Source of the DNA: Mytilus edulis
Taxonomy: Eukaryota
Reading direction: 5' to 3'
Length of the DNA stretch: 64,000 bases
Assembly (NCBI RefSeq): GCF_963676685.1
Contig: NC_092354.1
Location: 28,396,001-28,460,000 of the forward strand
The stretch's first letter is position 1. Every line of letters begins with the position of its first letter. Of the stretch, positions 12,970 through 24,891 are shown in pieces. The notes under the pieces were generated by a model. It was given only the letters and a program-made list of their open reading frames with translations. It ran no database searches and had not been told where the DNA came from. Both the position numbers and the translations under genes were made by a program.

Positions 12970-15703
12970 AAAACTGTCTTTAATTCTATTAGTGTTCCTT
13001 TTGGGCATAATAATTTAGATTTTATAATAAAATAACTGTGATTTTCTTAGTTTCAATGTAATTAAACAAAAAACCAGCTTTAAACAATAAGAAAATGCAA
13101 AAGTTTACTAAAGTATGCAAAGTCTGTTGGATGATTCCTAACCAATCTTCAAAGAATTTCTTCAACTTTTTAATCTAAATTAAAAATTCTTATTGAACAT
13201 CTAAAACATTGGAATTTATTTTTGAAATTGATTATATAAAATTTCATTTTGGAATCTACACAAGTATTTCTTTAAACAACTGTTGGTTAACATTATTTAT
13301 AAGTACTCCAAATAATAGGCTAAAATTGTTTTATGTTAGTTTTTGTTTCTCATGATTAAACAAATAATATTCAACACTTTTTTTGTATTTGGAATATTTT
13401 GATTAATAAATATTTGCATAACAAAAATTAAAAAATATATGCATGTTCTGTGGACTTTTAATTTAGTCTAAATAATATCTTACTAAAGTTATTATTTGGC
13501 TATTAAATTTTTTTTTTGAATTCTTTAGGATATCACGTGCTCAAAATGTATTCATGGTATATATATTTCAAAGATATTATGATTTTGAAAATTAATCTTC
13601 AATTAAATCTATAGAAATGTGATTAAAAGCAATAGTTTCTAAATATCATAATATGATATAAAAGATAAATTTCATTTCATTTTTCCAAAAGAAATAAAAT
13701 GAAGAAAAAAGATAACTATTCTGAATATTTCTAAAAAATCTGACTTTATGGGATACAAAAAAAGTTACGATACATACTCATTTCAAGCCCTCAAATTACA
13801 AAATTGAGGTTCCTTTTCTAAATCATCAATGGAACTGAGGACAAGTGAATCTTGATAACCTTATTGTTAAAAGATTTGTTGTTTTTAGTATATTTTTCAA
13901 TTTGTATTTTGTATGTACAGCACCAATAAAGAAGCTGACTTTTTTTTATACTATACAACAATAAAGATTAGCTAATTATGTTCAAGAATATTGGGCATTT
14001 CCAAGCGAAATAACACAACTTTATAAGAAATTATTATAAAAACTCTGACAGTTTTAAATTGCTAACCGAGATATATTTTTTGTATGACACATGATATCTT
14101 GTATGTGCATGTAAATTAAGTCTTCATAATTTTGGTAAATTGATATAACCTCAGTTTTGAATGTATCTGTGTTCTTCTATTGTTCATTTTTAGTGGAAAT
14201 ATATCATGGTTAATCAAATTCATACCCAAAATTTCATTTTGATGATTCCTTTTTCCGTATCATCAATTCACTTAAAATTGGATAGAACTTTCAATAACAA
14301 TTACCACTTTTTAATTCTAAATTATTTAAGCGGGCAAAACTATTATAGACTACCTTTCTATTATGTCGATCCATTTGTATACTGTATATACCACATCTGT
14401 CGAACCAAGGTTTGGAGTTTGCATTTCAAAATGCACTTGACGACAGAAACATTAATATAAAATATTTTTTTCTTGACAATTAGAATGTTTCATCATACTA
14501 TGATTTTTTTAAAGCATGAACCAATAGTCAAAAGTACAATAACAACAATAGAAACATAGGGAAAAAATTTATAAATGTTATTTTTAAATGGCTATTGACA
14601 ACAGTAAACGCTAAATTAAAAATTTAAAAAAAAAAATGAAATATTTGAATATACTTCCCAAATTTCACATGCTATCGAATTTTTTTTATCACATTTAAGG
14701 TATAAAGATATATAAAAACTTATAACTGTCTTCCTTTTAAAATCAATGAAAACTATTTTTAAGATTTATAAATGACGTATCAAGTGTTCTGATAAATGTA
14801 AAAAAAATAAATGTCCTTCATTCTTGTGTATGTAATCTAAAGAGTTTCATAACATTGTATTGGTTGAAAAGATTAAATTGCTAATGATGTAGTGTAAGTG
14901 TCAGTAGATAAATTTAGAACTAAAAAAAATCGACTCAGAACACATCAACTGATTGGTATACTTTTTGTTGTATATATATTCTGCAACTACTGTTATAGTA
15001 GTCTCAGATATGTTGTTGCTTGTATTTTCTTGTACCACCAGCTGAATTTTATATTCTTTACTGCAATACATATTGATTAATGAAAATAAGAGTTTAAGGT
15101 TATTGTATTGAAAAAATACTTTTGTTAAAGAGAGATGGAGAGAAACTGCATCATATTTGTTCTTGTTGGATGCATAATAGTTTTTTTTATTCAATGAATC
15201 TTTATGTAAAACAATGTAAACTGTATATATAGATTAAATGTACAAACTATTAAATATATTTACTTACATCATAACCCGTGTCTGTTTTCAAAACTACAAC
15301 TAACACAATGCTTCATCATTGGTAGGTCCCATCTGATTTGCAGCCATTCTGTCAAACAAAAGATTTAGATCAGAAATCGTATATCAATGACAATATGTTT
15401 TGTATATTCCCTATAAAGTGTGAAAAACACTTTCTCTAATTTTTGTGCTATTTTCACATTTCCTGACCGGTGTGAGAAAAATATTTCTCCTCACTAGTGA
15501 AAAATCTGTTCTCGGCAAATGATTAGTCGAAATTTGATTATGACGTCTAAATGTTTTGTTTTCTTCTGAGTTTTCCTATTGTGACGTCATGAAAAAAGGC
15601 GACAATGCCTGATGACGTCGCATATAAAGAAAACAAGTTTCTGAAAATTTTTGAAAAAGAAGGATAAAAATCATTAGAGAAACAGATTCCGACATTATAA
15701 CTC

Positions 15704-15824
15704 GTGTATTACGATATTTCTCCACTCTCGACAGTTAAATTTTAGTTATTTAAAGAGCTCGGCAAGCCTCGCGCTTTAAATAATAAAATTTAACTGTCTC
15801 GAGTGGAGAAATATCGTAATACAC
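15704..15824. repeat. Long near-perfect inverted repeat (foldback element core)
   Basis: GTGTATTACGATATTTCTCCACTC...TTATTTAAAG pairs with CTTTAAATAA...GAGTGGAGAAATATCGTAATACAC around the GCTCGGCAAGCCTCGC centre. Confidence 0.85.
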
Positions 15825-16764
15825 TTGTTGCAGTGTAGGAATCTATATTTACAATGCAATTTATTAAGATGTGGTATATGATTGCCATTAAAATAACTCC
15901 CCAAATTATAAAGATGTGGTATATGATTGCCATTAAAATAACTCCCCACAAGAGAGAAATAACAACTATAGGGCACAAAAATTTGCTCAGCACAATGTTG
16001 TGTGCAACTTCTTGTTCATATTATAAGATAAAAAATAATGCTCATATTATAATATAAAAATTAATCAAGTTTCAACTATTCAAAAAGATTTATAAATTAA
16101 TTTTATTCCATTTTTACAGAAGAAAACAACATCAGGGAGTAGAACTAAGGCTGTAATTATTGGATTACAGCACTTTTCTTATTCAATTAACAAGTATATT
16201 GAAAAGTAATGAAAAACAGTACGAAACAGTTCAACATTGGGCCTCGACCCATCCAAATGAACAAATGTTTGACACAAAACCAAGTTTTCCAGGAGATGGT
16301 GCATATTTTATTTCCTAATGGGAAAAACTTTAAAGGAAAACTCCACAGGATTGAGTATTTCCTTGGAAACTATAAGGGTGAAGGGGCAGTCTTTACACAG
16401 TTGGTTGAATATGGAAAAGACAAACCACACTTGTATTTACACACAAAAGAAAAGGTATGAGTAAACCAAATTATGGATCACTATATGTTGCATTGTTTTT
16501 ACATGTGTGATGAAAAGGTTTTGTCGCATATTAAGCAGAATATCATACATCAACACTTTTAGAAAATAAAGGGATATTTAGTAAATGTACTTACAAAATG
16601 CATAGAAAAAATACAAATTATCAATAAACAGGGCTTTTATTTCTGTTCAACTTGTCTGTCAATGAAGCGTCTTCAACAATGAACAAATCATTCATATCCT
16701 ACTATGAGATCAATATGGCCCCTAGCGTCGACTTTTAGACCACTATAAAAAAATGTTTTTTTTT

Positions 16765-17165
16765 AGCTCATGTTTCCTTAAAAAAATGTCAGCTTTAGCC
16801 ATTTCTACTCGGCATCCATTGTCATCCCTCATAAACTATTTTAAAAATCTCTTCTGAAAGTATTGAAATAATTCTAACCAAACTTTAGCTGAATGATTCT
16901 TAGGGTATCTAGAATTAAGTTTATGTTTTATTTTCTGTTTCTTCTAAAAACATGGCTGCAATGGCAAAAAATAGAACAAATGGGTGAAGTGCAGTTTTTG
17001 GCTTATGTCTAAAAAACTAAAGCATGAAGAGAAATCTGACAAGGAGTTAAAGTGACACATTCACCAAAAGTTGTGGAGGGATCTCTTAAGGAGTTATTGC
17101 CCTTTAAATACAATTTTACACAATTTGTTCATCATGTTTGCCAAAAAATGAAAGTGAGTGACATA
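16765..17165 (+). mobile_element. Degenerate short relative of the 605-2460 HINE family
   Basis: TTTTAGCTCA start; shares TCTTCTGAAA, AAAACATGGC, GCAGTTTTTGGCTTAT and ATTTGTTCATCAT blocks with 605-2460. Confidence 0.6.
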
Positions 17166-17665
17166 GAATTAAAACTAATAAAAAGTACAAATATTCATTA
17201 TGGTGTGATCTTTTTAATTTGTATGCCAAATTAGAATTTTGACCCCAATTCCATGGTTTACTGAATATGGATAAAAGTGCAATTGGGTTACTGTGTAGTG
17301 TGGTTCTTGGTTGACTAAATTACCACACATGGAAATAATAATCATCCAACTTGGAAACAGTCAATATTAATGGAGGCTTCTGGAAACCTAAAAGCCTAAA
17401 AATGTGGCACACAGTACATATTTTGCCTAAATTGTAATTAGTGAAACTGGACTTCAGATTTTAAAGGTGCATGTAGTATTATTATTCATATATATGTAGT
17501 ATTTATAATAAATTTTTTATTGCAGATACCTATATTTGAGGTCCAATCTGCTTCTGACAGTCAAGACAGTGATATAGAACTACCAGCACTATCAACTTCA
17601 AGGAACTCCCCTCAAAATGCCACTCCATCTTCGTTGCAGACTTACCAATTGCAATATACCACTAT

Positions 17666-17800
17666 GACCCCACCAGCAAGTAACCAATATAGCATGTTGA
17701 CCCCACCAGCAAGTAACCAATATAGCACGTTGAACCCACCAGCAAGTAACCAATATAGCACGTTGACCCCACCAGCAAGTAACCAATATAGCACGTTGAC
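17666..17800 (+). repeat. 33-bp minisatellite, ~4 copies (TPPASNQYSTL in frame)
   Basis: Tandem ACCCCACCAGCAAGTAACCAATATAGCACGTTG. Confidence 0.95.
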
Positions 17801-18329
17801 CACGCAAGCCAGTACACGTGTCTCTCCTGCAGACTAAATACAGCTAGATACACCAACTGTCAGCGTATCGAAAGTCTTCATGCTCAGGTCAATTACCGCA
17901 GTTAGTATATTTCTAAATTCACAGCATGTCTGTCTCATAAATATTTTTTATATATGAGTGAGCTATGTTGTGTTTTCAGATTCATCACTCAACAACTTCC
18001 AAACACTAAATTCTTTTATACATAGTTGAAAATTTCCGTTCTATTTTTCTCTAGAACTACATACACGATCTTTCTGGAATTTAGTATCAATGCTAGAAAT
18101 GTGTTCTATACCATGTAAAATTTTAAGATTCATTACTTAACATGTGAAATGAACGCTACTTAGTAACTTATCTGTGATTTCTGAAATGTGGTATAAAGGT
18201 TAATATGAGTGAGCCATATATGATTTCAGTTTCGTCACTTAATAACTTCCTGTTAGCTGTATACTTTTTATGAGGGGTATCATTATTATTTTACATAGAA
18301 TAAACTATAGGTACTGTGATCAGAGCTCA

Positions 18330-18960
18330 CAAAATTATACCCCTGCTTCTTGCAAAGTTGATGTTTTGGTATTGGAAACTCTAAAAATCAATTTAATCAG
18401 AAACCAAATAGGAGGTGCACAATGGTATTATATGATTAAGAATCTCCAAAAGTTTCATTAAATAATGATTAGCAGTTTAGGAGAAGTTGTTCATACAAAA
18501 TGAGTATCCCAATTATATGGCAATGGTAAAAATCCATGTTTTTGAAATAAAAACTAAAAAAAATAATCTTGAACAAAAACAAAATAGGAGGTGCATGATA
18601 GCATTATATCATAAAAAATCTTCGGAAAGTTTCATTAAATTATAATAAGTGATTTAGGAGGAGTTGGTGATACAACATGGGTACCCCAAGGTTTTGTCAA
18701 TTGAAAAGTCCATGTTTTTTAAATGGAAATCCCAAAAATGATTTTGAACAAATACAAAATAGGTGCACAATTGCGTTATATCATAAAACAATCTGGGAAA
18801 GTTTCATTAAATTATAATCCGTGGTTTAGAAGGATACAACATGGATGCCCCTTTTTCATGGCAATAGCTAAGTCCCATGTTTTTTCAAATAGAAACTCAA
18901 AAAATGATTTTCACAAAAACAAAATAGGAGGTGCACAATGGCATTTCCTAATAATTTCCA
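18330..18960. repeat. Degenerate tandem repeat (~165-180-bp units)
   Basis: AAATAGG(AGG)TGCA and AAAGTTTCATTAAA recur at ~18406, 18582, 18757 and 18922. Confidence 0.6.
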
Positions 18961-19899
18961 GGTGACCATATTTCTATACCCCAGTCACCCTTGGGGTTTG
19001 TTGTAAAAAAAAATACAATGTCCATAAGAGGGTTGGTTTAAGAAAAAAGTAATCAAAGGTACCAGGATTATAATATTTGAAGAATCTGTTCAGTTTGTTT
19101 TAATTTGAAAATCTATTATCGTGAAAGCTTAAATCAAAAAGTGATTTAAATGATGTAGCAAAAGTTAACAGTATTATTAAATCAGAAATATTTGTTATGA
19201 TGTTTATATGTGTTGCTTACAAGATATAATCTTGTAAAATTAATAATTTTTCTGACAGATACCTTCTGTACCTTTTCCTCAAACTGGAAATGTTGATAAT
19301 AAATAAACTCACCATAAATAACAGGACTAAATTGAGGATAAAATATTAATATTCATAAAAAGTCTTTAGGTTAGGGTTGGTATTTTTTACCAATGCTTAA
19401 TATTAGGCTGTTTAATGTAGTTGGAGCTCGTTTTCAGCATTAGCACTTGATCCCGATTCGCCATGGAAACACATCGCCCTTGTAGGCACTCCGAGGTGGG
19501 TGGATGACAAGAATAGTGAATCTTTCTCCTTTCATATGGCACAACAAAACAAACCCTCTAAATCAGATTTAATACATAAGAAAAGAAAATGTGATGATTC
19601 AGAGCCCTGTTGGGAAGATTACAGTTAGCCCAGATTTATTGAAATAAAATGAACAAACAAATTCAAAGCGTTGCTGGTTCTGTAAAAAAAGTTTCATAAA
19701 ATGAGATCTGGCAATTCGTTGGTTGAAAGTTCCAACATAAGTCAATCAACAAATTTACTTACAATGACTACAATTACACACTTTCCTGTTTCTGCCATAA
19801 ACATAAAATTATGTTTCCTCATAACAGTTTGAACAGCTGTAAGGGGATCGTCAATACCTTGGTGACCTTACCGTGGAAGAAATCGGTGAGGAACTTTCA

Positions 19900-20278
19900 A
19901 GCCAAGGTGTAACTAATGTTATTGAAATGAAATGAGGTCAAGGTCAAGTGAAAACTGTCTGACGGACATGAGGACATTGCAAGGTACGCACATACCAAAA
20001 ATAGTATCCCTTTTACTTATAATAAGAGAGAATTCAACATTACAAAAAATCTGAATTTTTTTTTCAAGTGGTCACTGAACCATGGAGATGAGGTCAAGGA
20101 CATTGGACATGTGACTGACGGAAACTTCGTAACATGAGGCATCTGTATACAAAGTATGAAGCATCCAGGTCTTCCATCTTCTAAAATATAAAGCTTTTAA
20201 GAAGTTAGCTAACGCCGCCGCCGGATCACTATCCCTATGTCGAGCTTTCTGCAACAAAAGTTGCAGGCTCGACAAAAA
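19900..20278 (-). mobile_element. HINE-type element fragment (5' end on minus strand)
   Basis: Ends CGCCGCCGCCGG...TGTCGAGC-(TGCAAC/GTTGCA hairpin)-GCTCGACAAAAA. Internal ATGAGGTCAAGG repeats. Confidence 0.65.
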
Positions 20279-20619
20279 CTAATAACGAAAAATAATTTAA
20301 CATATATATGGAGAAAACTTAATCCAAATACTAGTCTATTCATATTGGGGTTTTTTTTCAGAATGAAGAAGTATTTTTTTCTCAAGTGTATTTTGTAATT
20401 ATTTCTTGAAAATAATAAATTTGTCTCCAGAACAATGTATATTATACCCATTTAAGTTTTTTTAGTTGATGTTCATATATATAAATGACAGAATATATAT
20501 ATTTCTTTTCAATATTTTAATTCACATTTCTATATAATATACATATATTATACAGATATTTACATTACATTTCATAGCACTGAATATAAGACATTTAAAT
20601 GTTAAAATCTGTGTTCGGG

Positions 20620-21590
20620 CAACCCTAGGTTTTTTTGTCTTTGGGGGTAATGGCATGGTTTAGTCATACTGAGTACTTGTCACAGTTTTTTTTTCTTTTT
20701 CTTCAGTCAATCTAGACTTGTCACTGTCTTTCATAAGTTTATAAAAAGACGATCTTTTTGATCAGCTGATTTTGTAAACAGTATCCAAACAGCGGCTGTA
20801 TAGTGCTCGTCTTCAGTCGACAAACTCCAGATTGACTAGTTCTTGGAGAATTTTCACAAGTTCTTGTATGCTTCTTGGTTTCCAGTTAACAGCCATTTTG
20901 AACACATGATATATTGATTCACAATTGTTATTTGTCCATAAAATCAACAAGTTGAAGCTGATAACGTGATTTTAATACATATTCGTACAACCGCTCTTAA
21001 AGTTTTTGAAAGTAAGTGTCGAAATTTTGGTAAGAGACATTTATGTTTGCTGCTTCTTCATTTAACTCATCGTGATATTGGGCTGCGATAAGTCCAGTAG
21101 CATCGAAAATTTAATTTAATACTTAGTAGCGTTCTTTGTCGTTGAAACCAATTTGATTTTTCAGGTGGTCGGACACATGATCATTAATGTGTTTTGTACA
21201 TAAAAGTCTTGTTGCGTTTGGAAAGACGCTATCTGATGCTTTAGTCAGACCACCTTCGTCGTCACTACTAACATGTATCTATCTACTGTTAATGGTTTCT
21301 TGCAAGCGTGCATTAATGTGTGACAGGAAAGTATGATCCTTCCCAATGGGTTGATGAAAATTGGATGACCACCAGTTTTCTTGCGCTCAACTTCATTCTT
21401 TTTGTAGACAAAGTTAGTACAAATACTGGCCCGAGGTTGAATGTTCTGTCGATGCCTAGAACCCCACCTGACAGAGGAGTAAAATCAGCTTCCGTGTAAA
21501 CTGTCTTGTACATATGTATCAGTGCAAAATGACAAGTTGTCCGTACAACTTGAGTTATATTTACGGCATCTCGATTATCAAAATGCAAAT
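20620..21590 (-). pseudogene. Mutator/MULE-type DDE transposase remnant
   Basis: Minus-strand translation gives motifs in the correct order: VLGIDRTFNLGPVFV (first D), SSDDEGGLTKASDSVFPNATRLLCTKH (second D plus CxxH) and WTNNNCESIYHVFKMAVNWKPRS (E, W codon at 20936-20938). Interrupted by stops and frameshifts. Confidence 0.8.
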
Positions 21591-22231
21591 CCTTACTTCC
21601 AAAGGAGAAAATCTGTATGAAATTAGGATCCAGAAAATTTGACAGATAGCATGCTTTAGTTTTTCTTTATTCATCTTTTTTCTGTAGATTTGGGTCTTTT
21701 CAGTATGTATGTTATTACCAACGAAATTGCATTGTAAATGCATTGCTATCAGCTGCTTTGTATTATCTGACTATCAAATTCATTATTCCATTTTTTCTCT
21801 CATTAAAGTATATCGACGGAAACTTTGTCTGATTTCAAAATATAAACTTTAATTAATATGTTGAATATCGTTCGCTGTGTTATAGTCCCTTTGTGCTGAT
21901 GCAGCGTAAAACAAGCACCAGTCAGCACATTATGCAGTATCAAATTTGTATGTTCTTATTAAAGTATGTGAATAATAGTAGAAGTTGGCGGCTTCGATAG
22001 CACAACTACAAACGACGTGTCTTTAACATCTGCTGCATCTTTTTTTGACTTCCGGTTTGAATGGCTGACCACGGTTTTCCAGAGCTCCCGGAATAACACA
22101 ACAATTTATAGTTATGTACAAGTGTGAAAGTCACTCCAACCATTTAAATAATAATCAAAACGTTAATTAACATCTAGAAACTGTCAGATAATCTTTAGAG
22201 AACAAAATACAGAAGTTTTATACTTTGCAAT

Positions 22232-23458
22232 ATGAGTAATCAAAACAGTGAAAATCCGGACAATGACAAGATGGCCGGCTCCTATGTCTCGGCACTGAAA
22301 CAAAACAACAACAACTTTTCCAAAGATAATGCAGAACCTGACGCTGAATATTTCAACATCAAGCCTGTATTTATTCTTTAATCAGACATTTTCGGTAGCT
22401 CAAAACCAGATAAAAACAACTACCTAACACACACAGAACTGTTTAGATGTATTGACCTCACAATACCAGCTAGCCATCTAAACGGGCTTCAGAGGGTAAT
22501 TGGAGGCGTCTGGCGCATCTACCCAGACAATGAGGAAGACAGGAATACACTTGTGGTTAATTCAATTACAGTAAGGAAAAAACGCATTGAGGTATACCCT
22601 AGAAACCCAAGATATGTAGAAAAAGAGAGTCCAACTACTGTGAGAATAAGGATGAAAAATATACCACTGTCCGCCGATGATGGCCAATTGTTAAGATACC
22701 TGCAAAACTGGCACCTCAACATACTCAATTATCACAGAGAAAGATTAAGGATCGATGGGTTTATGACAAACTGTCAAACAGGTGACAGAATTTTTCATTG
22801 CGAACCCTTTCCACACACAATTCCAAGAAACGTAAAAATTGGCAAGTACCGTGGCCTCATATTATATAAAGGACAAATAAATGAGAACAACACAGACATT
22901 GAATGCTCCAAATGCTTGCAAAAAGGTCACAAAAAAACAAACTGTAGCAATGATTGGAAATGCAAGACATGTGGTGAAAACGGACACATCTCAAAGAACT
23001 GCATTTCTGAATTTGATAAAAACAGTCAAATTGCCTCAGAGGATTCAACAGAAGAGTCAGATGAAGGAAGTGAAAATGAATCGGAGAAAGATGAGGAGAT
23101 TGTTACATCTCAATCGACTGAAAATCTCTCACATACTGATGATACTCCACAGAATAAAGAAACCAGTAATATTACCGAACTTACCAAAGATACCAGCAAA
23201 GTAGATGTACCAACACAAAACATATCTAAGTCGGAGTCAGAGGCACCCATAGAACAGTCCCCTGAACAAAATCCCCCAAAAAAAAAGAAAAAGAAAAAAG
23301 TAACCAAATCCCAGGAAACAGCTCACGGTCCACTGGACAAATATCTTGAAACAACCCCGCAGCAAAAAACAGCAAAACGATCTGCAACCACACCAACCGA
23401 CACTTTGCATGACCGAGATATTGGCTCAACAAAACCAAGGACATCCGAAAACTCGTAA
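22232..23458 (+). pseudogene. ORF1 (gag-like RNA-binding protein with two CCHC zinc knuckles), one premature stop
   Basis: ATG at 22232 is in frame with the 22553-23458 ORF; single TAA at 22379-22381. Motifs GLQRVIGGVWRIYP, CSKCLQKGHKKTNC and CKTCGENGHISKNC; acidic and Lys-run tail. Confidence 0.9.
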
Positions 23459-23480
23459 CAATTACAATTAAAACACAACC

Positions 23481-24891
23481 ATGAATAATTGTAAATATTG
23501 TATTATATTTTTTACTTGTTTGTCTATTTTTCTTTTTATGCAAAAAAAAAATACAAAAAAAAATAAGTCAAAGTGTGATATAATTCTAGATTATATATAC
23601 CTTGAAATTAGTAATAAAATAAATATTAATCATGTGAATGAAAATGTAAATATATGTAATGAACTGTGTATAATATTGTATATTACGGAAAAGAACGATC
23701 TTCAAATAACCCCATTCCTCAAACCAATGAATAAATGTTTCTGCTCTCAATATGCGATCCATTACACAAGAGATGAGAACAAGTCAAGTTGTGATAAAAC
23801 AATCACTAAAACAGCCTTCCCTGTTTATGAAAAATACATACGAAAAATTGTATTGATAATCAAATTTATTAAGACGCTAATAATACATAATCAAAATACA
23901 ATAAACATATTAAATAAATATATTTTTGAACTGTTTATAGAAAATAGAATAGCTGTCAGAAATAAAAATAAAATAGATCCAACAAACTTAAAGTTTATAA
24001 AGAAGCTATCCTTGATAGATATCATTTCATTAATCCACATATATCTGAATTCAATTTTTCTGTTTATCTCGCTAACTATCCGCAACAACTTCTCAATGAT
24101 ACATCCTTGCTTTATAACAAATTATCCGTCCATTTTAATCCTTATAATAGTAGAACATATTCATAGTCCTATTTTACATCATGTAAACAACATTTGGATA
24201 TCACTTGTAATCCACACATCAGGAATATTTCAAATGCCCAATTTAATCCACAATATAAAAATCTTTTGTCAATCCATCGCAAGTCAATTACATGTATCAC
24301 CATCTAACATGTTCCTCTGTAAAAAAAATGCTAGTACTGATTCTGTATGTTCTGCAAACAATAACTACTCCAATTGTTTCCGTAAATACTGTAAACATGG
24401 TAAACGCCTACATCATGTACATAGTCCTACAATCTCATTATACTGTTAGATTAACAAACCTACAAATAAATAACAATGAAATTATTATACATGATACAAA
24501 AAAAATATATCTGCTTTTTTTTTATTATATATTTATAGTCTCAAATTATGGCAAAAAAGCAATAGTAAAATCTAATGTATGGAGACAATTAAATGAAAAT
24601 ATGTGTTTAAATACATGTATGAATGCTTATATATATTTGTGTTGTTATGTCTCATTTTCTTCCATGAACATTGTGAAGTATGTGCACATATTTTGTTTAC
24701 CAGTACTGTATATATTTAAATCACAAATAATCATGTACATGTACAAATGTTTTTATAGTATACTGTGTAACTTTAAAACCAAACATTTAATGAAAGTACT
24801 TTGTGAATATGATGTGAAACAAATATGTCTCCTTGTAAATGTAGTTTTGATATCAACTACACATATAAACTCTAAATTAAACAATGGGTGA
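23481..24891 (+). CDS. Putative third ORF of the Tx1 element: 322-aa and 199-aa overlapping frames, hydrophobic and Cys-rich, function unknown
   Basis: ATG lies 22 nt after the ORF1 stop; 969 nt stay open in very AT-rich DNA. The second frame overlaps across an A-run (~24321-24328) and stops 8 nt into ORF2 (ATGGGTGA). Confidence 0.5.

Larger units (their letters stand above)
16120..17890 (+). pseudogene. Decayed exons of an unidentified, probably transposon-borne gene
   Basis: Exon after TTTTACAG encodes ...AVIIGLQHF...(stop/frameshift)...ILFPNGKNFKGKLH...LYLHTKEK|GT. Second exon after TTGCAG (17526) is Ser/Thr/Pro-rich and carries an in-frame 33-bp repeat. Confidence 0.4.
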
